From: Chitinophagaceae bacterium | GTDB lineage: Bacteria; Bacteroidota; Bacteroidia; Chitinophagales; Chitinophagaceae | NCBI GenBank assembly: GCA_036839005.1 | Contig: DAITFD010000001.1 | Coordinates: forward strand, 23,766-82,078 | Direction: 5' to 3' | DNA: 58,313 nt | Part shown: piece after piece, positions 1-9,606 of the stretch | How positions within the stretch are numbered: the first letter of the stretch is position 1 | How the letters are laid out: each line of letters starts with the position of its first letter | The notes under the pieces: model-generated | Database searches by the model: none | Told to the model about the DNA's origin: nothing | What the model saw: only the letters and a program-made list of their open reading frames with translations | Translations under genes and position numbers: made by a program

Positions 1-1
1 T

Positions 2-235
2 ATTGCCCATCACTTTTTCCACCCGCTCCTTCATTTCTGCGGCGGCCTTGTTGGTAAACGTAAGCGCCAGGATGTTGAATGCATCCACTTTATGCGCTGC
101 CATCAAATGCGTAATGCGTGTAGTGAGTACTTTTGTTTTTCCACTGCCTGCACCGGCAATAATCATCAAAGGGCCATCGGTATGGAGTACGGCTTCTCGT
201 TGCGGACCGTTTAAATCTTCCAGGTATTTGAACAT
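2..235 (-). CDS. uvrD: UvrD/PcrA family ATP-dependent DNA helicase, N-terminal part (runs off the window edge)
   Basis: Not in the ORF track. Manual translation of the reverse strand from ATG 235 gives [44 protein letters not shown]...[19 protein letters not shown] (Q motif, Walker A, motif Ia). Confidence 0.93.
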   Translation of the reverse strand, partial: MFKYLEDLNGPQREAVLHTDGPLMIIAGAGSGKTKVLTTRITHLMAAHKVDAFNILALTFTNKAAAEMKERVEKVMGN

Positions 236-239
236 GCTG

Positions 240-247
240 CAAAGGTA
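240..247 (-). promoter_or_regulatory. Bacteroidota sigma-A -7 box (TACCTTTG), 4 nt before the uvrD ATG
   Basis: Reverse complement reads TACCTTTG-cagc-ATG, matching TAnnTTTG. Confidence 0.7.
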
Positions 248-486
248 CATGCTATCCATGGGTTGAAGAAGTTGAGAATGGGGTATATTATGAAAAGCGG
301 TGAGAGGCTTTGTTTATCCAAAAGGATGTTAAGCCAGCCAATGCCGGACAATACATTCAGGCCATGTATAAGTCTGTTTTTCAATTCGATGATTCAGGTG
401 TAGTTGCATGAACCATAGGGGGAGTGGCCAGTTCATTCTATTAAAGTTGTCTCCCACGCTGAAATAGACTAAATTAGTGCCCTAAA

Positions 487-861
487 ATGTTTGGTGTGAA
501 GAAGATTTTTTTCCTTTTTTCCCTGGTTGGATGTGCAACAGCACTGGTTTCATGTGATAAGGATACGGAGCACAACCCCGTGGGCGGCGATTTGCCGGCT
601 AAACATATCATCCTTACCGATACTACATTTAACCCCGAATCGGTTATTATTACCAATGGTGGCGGCGCTGTTCGTTTTGTGAATTCAACCGATTCACTGC
701 ATACCGTGGTTTCCATGGATCCTTCCTATTTCCGCATTCCGCTGGAAGGGTATCAAACGTTTTACTATCGCCCCGATACCATTGTACAGGCCCCGCTCAA
801 CATTCCCTATTTCTGTGAACAGCATCCCAATGTGCAGGGCGTAATCACCATTATGCCGTAA
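487..861 (+). CDS. Cupredoxin/plastocyanin-like lipoprotein
   Basis: Lipobox LVSC, F-x-P..V-x-F-x-N...H-T-V and C-terminal YFCEQHPNVQGVI, typical of cupredoxins. Confidence 0.7.
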   Translation: MFGVKKIFFLFSLVGCATALVSCDKDTEHNPVGGDLPAKHIILTDTTFNPESVIITNGGGAVRFVNSTDSLHTVVSMDPSYFRIPLEGYQTFYYRPDTIVQAPLNIPYFCEQHPNVQGVITIMP

Positions 862-1014
862 GGAAATAGTTCGGGCGTTACTTTTTCTTTGGATGAAAAG
901 TACAGCAGCTTTCGGTTTTCTGACATAGAGATAGTGGTTGTACTAAAAACCATCGCGGCATTTCCGTTGGTCATTTTTTTCAACAGGCACACTTCATCAA
1001 CCCTTTACATATTA

Positions 1015-1022
1015 TACCTTTG
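1015..1022 (+). promoter_or_regulatory. -7 promoter box (TACCTTTG) of the MFS gene
   Basis: Exact TAnnTTTG match ending 8 nt before ATG 1031. Confidence 0.6.
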
Positions 1023-1030
1023 CGACCTTT

Positions 1031-2257
1031 ATGAATCGCAACCATAAACCCCTTTTGTTCATTTTCATTACGCTGGTGCTGGATGTAACCGGACTCGGGC
1101 TAATCATCCCCATCATGCCGGCGCTGATTATGGATTTAGGGCATACCTCCGTAAGTGAAGCTTCGCGCATTGGAGGGTGGCTCACGTTTACCTATGCGGT
1201 GATGCAGTTTGTTTTTGCACCGGTGCTGGGGGCATTGAGCGATCGTTACGGAAGAAGGCCGGTGTTGCTGATCGCCCTGTTTGGTTTTGGAGTAGATTAT
1301 TTGTTTCTGGCCCTGGCTCCCACACTGGGGTGGATTTTTGTGGGCCGGGCTTTATGCGGTATTACCGGAGCGAGCATTACCACGGCCTCTGCCTATATTG
1401 CCGACATCAGCACCCATGAAAACAGGGCAAAAAATTTCGGACTGGTAGGAGCGGCGTTCGGACTCGGATTCATAATTGGTCCGGTGATTGGAGGATTGCT
1501 GGGCACCTTTGGCCCGCGGGTTCCGTTTATGGTAGCGGCCGGTTTAAGTTTTCTGAACTGGTTGTACGGATATTTTTTTCTGCCCGAATCGCTGCCCCGT
1601 GAAAACCGCAGGGCATTCAGCTGGAAACGCGCCAATGCTTTTGGAGCGCTGAAGAGTTTAAAGAAGTACAAGGGGATGCTCGGATTGATGCTCACTTTCT
1701 TTTTAGTGTATGTGGCATCGCACGCGGTACAAAGCACCTGGAGTTTTTTCACCATAGAACAGTTTCAGTGGGATGAAACCATGATTGGTATTTCATTGGG
1801 TGTGGTAGGCGTGCTGGTAGCGCTGGTGCAGGGCCTCTTGATAAGAATTGTACATCCCCGGCTGGGAAATGTAAAGAGCGTGTACCTCGGTTTCTGGATG
1901 TATTTTCTGGGGTTGATTTTATTTGCCTTTGCCAGCACTTCGTGGATGATGTTTGTGTTTCTGATTCCGTACTGTTTGGGAGGACTGGGCGGCCCCGCCT
2001 TGCAATCGTTATTGTCTGAACAGGTGCCTACACAGGAGCAGGGCGAATTGCAGGGAACACTCACCAGTTTAATCAGCCTCACCAGCATTATTGGTCCGCC
2101 ATTGATGACCGGCCTCTTTGCTGCGTTTACTGCAAAGCAGGCGCCGGTGTATTTTCCGGGAGCGGCATTCCTGTTGGCGGCGGTGATCATGGTCATCAGT
2201 ATTTATATCGCCCATCTGTCGCTGCGTGCACGTAAAAGTCCTGCGTCAACCGCGTAA
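1031..2257 (+). CDS. TCR/Tet (DHA1) family MFS efflux transporter
   Basis: Motif A GALSDRYGRRPVLL, D-x-x-G-L-G-L-I-I-P in TM1, motif C GFIIGPVIGG, about 12 hydrophobic segments. Confidence 0.9.
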   Translation: MNRNHKPLLFIFITLVLDVTGLGLIIPIMPALIMDLGHTSVSEASRIGGWLTFTYAVMQFVFAPVLGALSDRYGRRPVLLIALFGFGVDYLFLALAPTLGWIFVGRALCGITGASITTASAYIADISTHENRAKNFGLVGAAFGLGFIIGPVIGGLLGTFGPRVPFMVAAGLSFLNWLYGYFFLPESLPRENRRAFSWKRANAFGALKSLKKYKGMLGLMLTFFLVYVASHAVQSTWSFFTIEQFQWDETMIGISLGVVGVLVALVQGLLIRIVHPRLGNVKSVYLGFWMYFLGLILFAFASTSWMMFVFLIPYCLGGLGGPALQSLLSEQVPTQEQGELQGTLTSLISLTSIIGPPLMTGLFAAFTAKQAPVYFPGAAFLLAAVIMVISIYIAHLSLRARKSPASTA

Positions 2258-2504
2258 AACTTCGATTATATATTGGGTTATTGTAAGATGTATTGCAAAA
2301 TTTTAAAAAAGTGCAGGGCTGAACACAATTTTATAAGCATTTAAACGCTATTATAATAACTAACCCTTACTACTACACGAGAATAACCGTGAAAAACACC
2401 TGCTTCACTTTTTATTCTCCTGACATATAATTTTGCATCGTTGAGATAACCGGAATGGTTACTGAACAGCACATAAGTGTTTTTTGTTAGGCACTACAGG
2501 ACAA

Positions 2505-2542
2505 GAATAGGCCCCGTTATTGGACGGGGCTTATTCGTTTTT
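2505..2542 (+). terminator. Intrinsic terminator
   Basis: GAATAGGCCCCGT-tattgg-ACGGGGCTTATTC stem followed by GTTTTT. Confidence 0.75.
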
Positions 2543-2732
2543 AAGATGGTGCAGGGGTTTGGGGTTGCTGATATTCTGCAGTCGGTTGTAATAAAAATGA
2601 GTGCAACACTACATGATATACATTTTCATTATGCTATGAAGGTGTTCTGTTGGGTGTTTACATCCGCGCCTTCAGAAATATTGCATCGATACTGCATTCA
2701 TTCACTCTGGTTGTATCAGCAGGTATGCAGGA

Positions 2733-3590
2733 TTATTGCTTATTCGAAATATAATTCGTTAACTCATCTACACTGCTGCTGAAAGAAAAAATATCGTTCA
2801 GGTTAAAATAATTTTTGGTGTCTGTGCAATAATCATACGCAAACTTTGCAAAATCCAGTTTGCCTTCTTCAAAACTTAATTCAGAGGCAATCTGTTTAAT
2901 TTGTTGAACCGATAAACAGTTGGCACTCGCAACCTGTTTGGCCACTTTTAAACGGGTGTCATCAAAACTTTGCTTCTTTACGGTTTGCAATGCATTGTTG
3001 AAATCGGTGCCCGACATGGCATAGCGGTTGCGGCAACCTCTGGGTGCAGGAGCCTGTGTGCTGTGCGTTTCAGAATAAGTTCTCTGCTCGCGGGTGGTTA
3101 CCTGCATATTGGGATCCTGAATGGAAACATCAATGTTTACACCACCCATGTTCACGCCCATGTTTACACCGGGTTCGTTGCGGCGGGGTGAACCATAATG
3201 AATCACGTGTACATTGGATGCCGGAATAAAATCAGGCTGAACAGGCACTGAAGAAAAATAATTCAGTTTCATTTTAGTGCTCATGTTTTTATCACGCTTG
3301 ATTTTGTAGGTTACATCCATCAGGTTGCCGTCTACATCTTCAATCATGAGGCGTTGTTTTTTCAACTCTGTTTTAGCAGGATCTTCAAATACAATCCTGG
3401 CATTGTAAAAAGGTTGAGGGAGATCTTCTACCCGAAGGTTGGCCATCGGCTCTTCGTTGATCAGTTCACCGTTTAAATACAATTGAAACTTGTCGCCGTC
3501 TTCTGAGAAAATACTCAGATGGCCCACCCTGTTCTGGGCCAAAGTGCATAGTGTAACGCAGGAAAGAAAAAGGGTAAAAACGAACTTCAT
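2733..3590 (-). CDS. Secreted DUF4476 domain-containing protein
   Basis: Signal peptide ending TLA-Q; C-terminal domain with M...F......SFDDTRL..AK...LSFEEGKLDFAKFAY...D..NY..L.D.FSFSSS. Confidence 0.8.
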   Translation of the reverse strand: MKFVFTLFLSCVTLCTLAQNRVGHLSIFSEDGDKFQLYLNGELINEEPMANLRVEDLPQPFYNARIVFEDPAKTELKKQRLMIEDVDGNLMDVTYKIKRDKNMSTKMKLNYFSSVPVQPDFIPASNVHVIHYGSPRRNEPGVNMGVNMGGVNIDVSIQDPNMQVTTREQRTYSETHSTQAPAPRGCRNRYAMSGTDFNNALQTVKKQSFDDTRLKVAKQVASANCLSVQQIKQIASELSFEEGKLDFAKFAYDYCTDTKNYFNLNDIFSFSSSVDELTNYISNKQ

Positions 3591-3695
3591 AAATGTGGGT
3601 TTAATTTTTTTGAATTAAAAGGTGGATGCTTCACAGCATGGCTGATTAGCGCAACAAATTACTCGCTTCTTAAAACGTATCAAAAAAAATATATA

Positions 3696-4382
3696 TTAAA
3701 TTCCTGTGAAAATCAAAGCCGCCCATTGCGAGAGGATGCCGATTACAATGCCGTAGTAAATTTCACGCGGTGTGTGGGAAGAGATCATCAGCCGGGCAGT
3801 GGCAACGAGGCCGGTAAGGGCAATCACCAGCGCCAGAGGCCAGGCCATATGTAATTCTCCGTTCAGGAGCAGGGCTAAAAAGAACCCTAACCAGCCGCCC
3901 ATGCCAATACCATGTAGGCTCACTTTAAAAAAGATGTTGGCCATTAATCCGGCAGAGGATGCCAGAAAAATGCCCAATAAAAAAGCAACCAGCATCAGCG
4001 GGTATTGATGTTGTTCCTTAAAAACAAGGTACGCCCAGAAAAAGAAAATGCCGGCGGCGATGAGCGGAATGATACGGTCTTTCCGGGTGTGCAGTTGAAT
4101 GGAATCAATAAACCCAACGGCCTTCGACAGCAAGGTGGCAATGAGTGGAAACAACACTACATTGATGCCAATGATGCTGAACGTTTTTAATTTATCGTAT
4201 GCTGAAAAACCGGTGAAGGCACCGGGATGTATGTACAGTAAAAAGTACGCCACATACATCGGAATGAAGATAGGATGCAGGATAACAGAAACGGCATAAC
4301 CGAACACCTTGTCAAATAGGGTTGGATGCGTGTTGTACGCAGGGTGCACGGCTGATACATCGTTTTTGCCACTCCTCATCAT
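3696..4382 (-). CDS. Conserved membrane protein (PAP2-like), downstream of rpoN
   Basis: About 6 TM segments; ILHPIF, KVSLHG and ARL..SSHTPREIYYG motifs; overlaps the rpoN stop. Confidence 0.65.
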   Translation of the reverse strand: MMRSGKNDVSAVHPAYNTHPTLFDKVFGYAVSVILHPIFIPMYVAYFLLYIHPGAFTGFSAYDKLKTFSIIGINVVLFPLIATLLSKAVGFIDSIQLHTRKDRIIPLIAAGIFFFWAYLVFKEQHQYPLMLVAFLLGIFLASSAGLMANIFFKVSLHGIGMGGWLGFFLALLLNGELHMAWPLALVIALTGLVATARLMISSHTPREIYYGIVIGILSQWAALIFTGI

Positions 4383-5863
4383 AATATTTTTCTTAAACGG
4401 GCAACCGGTATGTTCAGTTGTTCCCTGTATTTGGCTACTGTTCTGCGTGCAATATTATATCCTTTTTCCTGTAATAACTCGGTAAGTTTTTCATCGCTGT
4501 ACGGATGCTTCTTGCTTTCTTCGTCAATTAAATCATTCAGGATTTTTTTCACCTCACGGGTACTCACTTCTTCGCCTGATTCTGTTTGCAAACTTTCACT
4601 GAAGAAAAACTTCAAACGGTACGTGCCAAATTCGGTTTGTACAAACTTGGAATTGGCTACGCGGCTCACGGTTGAAATATCGAGTCCGGTTCTTTCGGCA
4701 ACGTCTTTCAGAATCATCGGCTTTAGCGTGGTTTCATCTCCCGTTACAAAGAAATCATACTGATAATTCATGATGGCCTCCATGGTGTTGAGGAGCGTAT
4801 TCTGACGTTGCTTGATGGCATCGATAAACCATTTGGCCGAATCAATTTTTTGTTTGATGAATAACACGGCTTCTTTTTGGCGCTTATCTTTTTTGGCACC
4901 GCGTTCATAATCTTTCAGCATATCGCGGTATCCTTCGCTGATGCGCAGGTCGGGAGCGTTTTTGCTGTTGAGTGATAACTCAAGCTTGCCGTTGTTGTTT
5001 ACAATAAAGAAATCGGGGATGATGTAGTTTTCTCCTTTCAGGGATCCGCCTCCGATGTTTCCGCCGGGCTTGGGGTTCAGCTTTACAATCACTCGAATGA
5101 TTGCGCGGAGTTGTTCATCGTCTAAATTCAGTCCACGCTGAATTTTTTCATAATGCTTCTTGGTAAACTCATCAAAATATTTCTCCAATACCAGGATGGC
5201 ATTTTCAGTGGTTTTATCCGGATTGGATTTGCGGTAGAGTTGCAGGAGCAAACATTCCTGCAGGGAGCGCGCACAAACTCCCGGCGGGTCGAATTGCTGA
5301 ATTTTCTGGATGATTTCAATCAACTCATCCTCATTGGTATCAATATTCTGGCGGAAGGCTAAGTCGTCGGTTAATGCATTGAGTTCACGGCGCAGGTACC
5401 CGTCATCGTCCAACGTGCCAATGATGTGCTCGGCAATTTTACGCTCCTTGTCGGGCATTTGTAACATGCCCAGTTGCTGAAGCATTAGCTCAATAAAGGT
5501 AGTTTCCACCTTGTGTGGTATCACTCTGTTGTCGTCTATTTCCGGGTAGTTGTCATCCCTTAGCCTGTAATCGCCGATTTCATCGTCTCCATCCTGCACA
5601 TATTCAGTGATGTCGATATTGTCATAATCCTCCTCACTGCCGTCGGGCTCGCTTTCTTCCTGCGGGTGCAATTCATCCTCCAGGTCAAATTCATTTTCGC
5701 TAACCTCTTCTTCACCCTGTTCCAAGGCAGGATTTTCTTCCATTTCCTCCTTAATACGCTCATCCAGCACGGCTGTAGGAACCTGCAGCAGTTTCATCAA
5801 CTGAATTTGTTGGGGGGATAGCTTTTGTAGCAGTTTTTGCTGTAAACTTTGATGTAGTGCCAT
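4379..5863 (-). CDS. rpoN: RNA polymerase sigma-54 factor
   Basis: Gln/Leu-rich region I (QKLSPQQIQLMKLLQ), HTH DISTVSRV, RpoN box ARRTVAKYRE. Confidence 0.97.
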   Translation of the reverse strand: MALHQSLQQKLLQKLSPQQIQLMKLLQVPTAVLDERIKEEMEENPALEQGEEEVSENEFDLEDELHPQEESEPDGSEEDYDNIDITEYVQDGDDEIGDYRLRDDNYPEIDDNRVIPHKVETTFIELMLQQLGMLQMPDKERKIAEHIIGTLDDDGYLRRELNALTDDLAFRQNIDTNEDELIEIIQKIQQFDPPGVCARSLQECLLLQLYRKSNPDKTTENAILVLEKYFDEFTKKHYEKIQRGLNLDDEQLRAIIRVIVKLNPKPGGNIGGGSLKGENYIIPDFFIVNNNGKLELSLNSKNAPDLRISEGYRDMLKDYERGAKKDKRQKEAVLFIKQKIDSAKWFIDAIKQRQNTLLNTMEAIMNYQYDFFVTGDETTLKPMILKDVAERTGLDISTVSRVANSKFVQTEFGTYRLKFFFSESLQTESGEEVSTREVKKILNDLIDEESKKHPYSDEKLTELLQEKGYNIARRTVAKYREQLNIPVARLRKIL

Positions 5864-6094
5864 AAAAAAGCGGTTTAAGGTTTACGGAATTACAGCGGTT
5901 AGATGCTTGGTTGGATAAAAATACAACACCCTGTCTACATTTAGAAAAAAATTGCACGATTTTTGATGTTAAAAAAATGGTAACGCATTTTCTTCACATA
6001 ATCAGCCACAGTAGCGGATTACAGAGGAGTGTGCGAGTGAGGTGCTGATGTAGGTCTGAAAATAAGGGGCCGAAACAGGCCGGAGGATTAAAAA

Positions 6095-6547
6095 CTATTT
6101 TCCTTTTCTGATTTTATCGAGCAGGGTATTTAGCATTTGAGCTTCTTCGGGAGTGAGGTTGCCAATCAGGGCATCCATTTCATGGGCGTATCGGTCCAAC
6201 GATTCCAGCAAAGACAACCATTCCGGGGTGATGGACACATCCACCAGTCGCTTATCGTTGGTGCAGGTTTCTTTTTTTACGAGTTTTTTTAGTACAAGGC
6301 GGTCTACGATACGGCTGGTATCACTGGCCTTATCCAACATCCGCTGCCTGATTTGTAAAGTGGAAATAGGTTTACCGGCACCCCGCAAAATGCGCAGGAT
6401 GTTAAACTGCTGTTCGGTGATTTTTTCACGTTTCAAAATACTCCTCAACCTTTCGTTCAGCCAGTTGAAGGTAAAAATGATGTTGATGAGTCCTTTCTGA
6501 TAAGGATTTCTGAACTGTTGTTGCTTAATATCTTCTTCAATGCCCAT
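6095..6547 (-). CDS. MarR family transcriptional regulator
   Basis: QQFNILRILRG, SDTSRIVDRL, DKRLVDVSIT. Start placed at MGIEEDIK, with a CACCTTTG box upstream. Confidence 0.88.
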   Translation of the reverse strand: MGIEEDIKQQQFRNPYQKGLINIIFTFNWLNERLRSILKREKITEQQFNILRILRGAGKPISTLQIRQRMLDKASDTSRIVDRLVLKKLVKKETCTNDKRLVDVSITPEWLSLLESLDRYAHEMDALIGNLTPEEAQMLNTLLDKIRKGK

Positions 6548-6576
6548 ATTCGTGCTGCAAAGGTGGGAAACATCTG

Positions 6577-7599
6577 TCATAAATCCTCTGTTTCAGAGAA
6601 TTCATTCACATAAATTTTAATTAAAATAAACAGGTAGCTGATGAGTAACGGACCAAATATCAACCCGATAAACCCAAACAGGCCCAACCCTACAATTACA
6701 CCCATTACTGTTACCAGCGGGTGTACATTGCCCATTTTTTTCATTAGTCCCAACCGGGTGATGTAATCCACATTGCCGGTAACAATGATGCTGTAGATGG
6801 TGAGTCCGATACCCGGCCCGGTATCTCCCACTGAAAACTGATAGATTACCAGCGGTACCCATACGGCCATCGTACCAATGATGGGGAAGTATGCCAGCAC
6901 CCCGGTTACAAATCCCCATAAACCCCAGTCTTCAATTCCAAATATCCAGTAACCCAGGGTGGCAAAGATTCCCTGCACCGCACAGATGATAGGGATGCCC
7001 AGGGCATTGGCCTTTACCATGATCTTGGTTTCTGAGGTGAGCTGGTCGATGTTGCTTTTCTTCAGCGGTACCATACGGGTGAGTTGTTTCTCCATCTCCA
7101 GCCCGTTCATCAGCATATAGTAATAAATAAAGAACATGAGCAACAGGTTGGAGAATACATTGGCCGTGCTGTTGAGCAACTGGGGTATCAGGCTGGTTAC
7201 TTTCTCTGAAATATTCTGCACATTAGATTCAGATAACACCCGGAAGCCGGTCATACTATATACGCGGTCTGAAAAACCTTTCAAACTGTTCATGATGGCA
7301 TCCTGGTTTTTAAGTAGCTCATTGATTTTGGGAGATACCAGCTGCACACTCATGTAAATGGGTATCGCCACAATAATCAGGAAACCGAAGATGTACAAAA
7401 ATGCAGTGAGCGATTTGTTCCACTTGTGTTTCATGGTATGCTGGAAGTACATGCCGCGCGTAAGAATGTACAGCGTAACTGCACCCAACATGCCTGTGAG
7501 CAGGGAACGAAGCGTTCCAAACAACACGAGTAGTATGAGGATAATCAAACTGAGTAAGATTACCTGGCGCAAGCGGTTGTTGAATGTGAGGTTATCCAT
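6577..7599 (-). CDS. AI-2E (PerM/TqsA) family transporter
   Basis: Multi-TM protein with P-I-I-G-T, GNVD..R, HPLVT...GVIVGL.LFGFIGLIFGP signature. Confidence 0.9.
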   Translation of the reverse strand: MDNLTFNNRLRQVILLSLIILILLVLFGTLRSLLTGMLGAVTLYILTRGMYFQHTMKHKWNKSLTAFLYIFGFLIIVAIPIYMSVQLVSPKINELLKNQDAIMNSLKGFSDRVYSMTGFRVLSESNVQNISEKVTSLIPQLLNSTANVFSNLLLMFFIYYYMLMNGLEMEKQLTRMVPLKKSNIDQLTSETKIMVKANALGIPIICAVQGIFATLGYWIFGIEDWGLWGFVTGVLAYFPIIGTMAVWVPLVIYQFSVGDTGPGIGLTIYSIIVTGNVDYITRLGLMKKMGNVHPLVTVMGVIVGLGLFGFIGLIFGPLLISYLFILIKIYVNEFSETEDL

Positions 7600-7609
7600 A
7601 GAGGTTAAG

Positions 7610-8638
7610 TTATTTCCAAACGGAGAGGCCTTCGCTGCAGTTGGCGCAAATATCTATCTGCTTACGGCTACGCATCAACGATTTTCGGAATTGTCGGTAG
7701 TTTTCATTCTTCCATATCTCCCGGAACGATTCGCTTTGAAGATTCCCCAGTTGATGTGTGGCGTCTTTATCGAAACAGCAAGGCACAACCCGTCCGTCAA
7801 ATGTAATCACATTTGCGTGCCAAAGTTTCCAGCAACGGTTCGATAATTTGTTTTTGGGGATATTTTTTCCTTCAGCTGTTTGGTGGTATCTGCTGTAGGC
7901 GCGGTTTTCGGGTATGAGTTGATGCGGATCGTTCTCGTAATCGTACACCTGAGCTGTTTTAAATCGCACCTGATCCACTCCAATGCGTGCGCCCAGTTCC
8001 TGCACTGCTTTCATCTGATGTTCGTTGGGTTTCACCACCAGAAACTGAAAGATTACAAAGGGTTTACTCGATTTCAGCTCTTTTTTCCATTTCACAATAC
8101 GCTCGGCCCCGGCAATTACTTTTTCCAGGTTTCCTCCCACCCGATACTGTTCATACACTTCCTGTGTAGTGCCGTCAATGGATATAATGAGCCGGTCTAA
8201 CCCGCTCTCTACCGTTTTTTTGGCGTTTTCATCGTTTAGATAATGTGCATTGGTAGAGGTGGCGGTGTAAATTTTTTTGGAGGAGGCGTATTGAACCATA
8301 TTCAGAAAATGCGGGTTCAAATAGGGTTCTCCCTGAAAGTAAAAAATCAGATAAAAAATATCGCGATGGATTTCGTTGATGGTTTTCTCAAAAAACGACG
8401 GCTGTAACATACCGGTGGGGCGTGTAAAGCTGCGCATGCCGCTCGGGCATTCCGGACACCTTAAATTGCAACTGGTGGTGGGTTCAAAGGATATCGAAAA
8501 AGGCAATCCCCATTGTATGGGTTTACCGGTTAATCGGCTGATGTAAAAACTGCTGTATACTTTAATGCCATTCCATATCCGGCGCAGGGTGAGCTTGCGC
8601 AATAAATTTAAACTGTCTCCGGCATGAAACTGGGGCAT
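7610..8638 (-). CDS. Radical SAM/SPASM (Twitch) domain protein
   Basis: CNLRCPEC motif, FQGEP, ISIDG, C-terminal C...DGRVVPCC...GNL....C..C. Confidence 0.9.
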   Translation of the reverse strand: MPQFHAGDSLNLLRKLTLRRIWNGIKVYSSFYISRLTGKPIQWGLPFSISFEPTTSCNLRCPECPSGMRSFTRPTGMLQPSFFEKTINEIHRDIFYLIFYFQGEPYLNPHFLNMVQYASSKKIYTATSTNAHYLNDENAKKTVESGLDRLIISIDGTTQEVYEQYRVGGNLEKVIAGAERIVKWKKELKSSKPFVIFQFLVVKPNEHQMKAVQELGARIGVDQVRFKTAQVYDYENDPHQLIPENRAYSRYHQTAEGKNIPKNKLSNRCWKLWHANVITFDGRVVPCCFDKDATHQLGNLQSESFREIWKNENYRQFRKSLMRSRKQIDICANCSEGLSVWK

Positions 8639-8666
8639 GCCACAAAGATACTTCTTCCGGATGGGT

Positions 8667-9524
8667 TTACAGGGTTTGCGCCGTGGGGTTGATAACGGGC
8701 AGGAGTAGTTGCTTTACTTCACGGTCTTCAAACCGGAGGTCGTTTTTGAGGAAGGCCTCATAGTTATGGAACAATACATTCAGGGTGATAAAATTCAACA
8801 CATAGGCGCGGGTTTCTGCCGGCACATATGGCTCAATGTCCCAGTAACCGGGTTGCTCCATTTTTGTTTTTTTCATCGCGGCCCACACATTCCCTACACC
8901 CCAGTTGTAGCTGGCAGCAATCAGCAACCAGTCGTTGTTTAAATTCCTGCTGCGGTCGCGCAGGTATTGGGCGGCTGCGTAGGTTGATTTGGTGAAATGG
9001 GTACGGTCGTCGGTGGGCTGTACTGTTTTTCCTTTGGAGTTAACCGTGGGTTTGAGGGTGGCTGTCGGTTTTTTTCCGGGGAGCTGCTTCTCAATAATTT
9101 TTAATCCGTACTCCCGGGCGGGCTGGTCCATAAATTGCCAGAAGCCCACCGCACCGGCTTTGGATACGGCTTGTGCATTGAACGCGCTTTCCAGTGCCAT
9201 CAATACCCTGAACTCTGAGGGCACCCCGTACTTTTTAAATATGCTGCTCACCTTTGAAAAATAACGACGGCCTTTATGATGCATACGAATAACATAATCA
9301 CGCCGGTTTTTGGCAAACTGGAGGATGTAGGTTTTCATTCTTTCTTCTTGTCCGGAAAAAATACTCGGAAATACCACATTCGCTTTGTATATTTCTGTGC
9401 AGATAGGGGTTTCAGCATGGGCTACCTGAATCCGTCCGGTGTCTGATACCGTGGATGCGCGGGCAGTAAACAATACCGCTAGGCACAGGAAGAGGGAAAG
9501 GCATTTTTTCAACGAATCAGACAT
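8667..9524 (-). CDS. Lytic transglycosylase (SLT/MltD-like)
   Basis: ES catalytic motif, AVSKAGAVGFWQFM, ASYNWG, ETRAYV; signal peptide. Confidence 0.88.
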   Translation of the reverse strand: MSDSLKKCLSLFLCLAVLFTARASTVSDTGRIQVAHAETPICTEIYKANVVFPSIFSGQEERMKTYILQFAKNRRDYVIRMHHKGRRYFSKVSSIFKKYGVPSEFRVLMALESAFNAQAVSKAGAVGFWQFMDQPAREYGLKIIEKQLPGKKPTATLKPTVNSKGKTVQPTDDRTHFTKSTYAAAQYLRDRSRNLNNDWLLIAASYNWGVGNVWAAMKKTKMEQPGYWDIEPYVPAETRAYVLNFITLNVLFHNYEAFLKNDLRFEDREVKQLLLPVINPTAQTL

Positions 9525-9606
9525 TGGATTTTTTGCAATCAGGGAGCAAATCTAACGTACTTTTTAAAAAAATATTGTCCATTTTTACCAATAATCTCAT
9601 GTGTTT

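Noticed and set aside
1031..2257. Acquired tetracycline resistance gene
   Set aside because: Generic chromosomal DHA1 MFS with no tetR or mobile element nearby; substrate cannot be inferred
2477..2782. 101-aa ORF in the MFS-DUF4476 gap
   Set aside because: GTG start, runs through a terminator hairpin and overlaps the convergent gene; no protein-like features
7610..8638. Radical SAM/SPASM enzyme as a RiPP maturase
   Set aside because: No adjacent precursor peptide, RRE/PqqD domain, peptidase or exporter; flanked by ordinary genes
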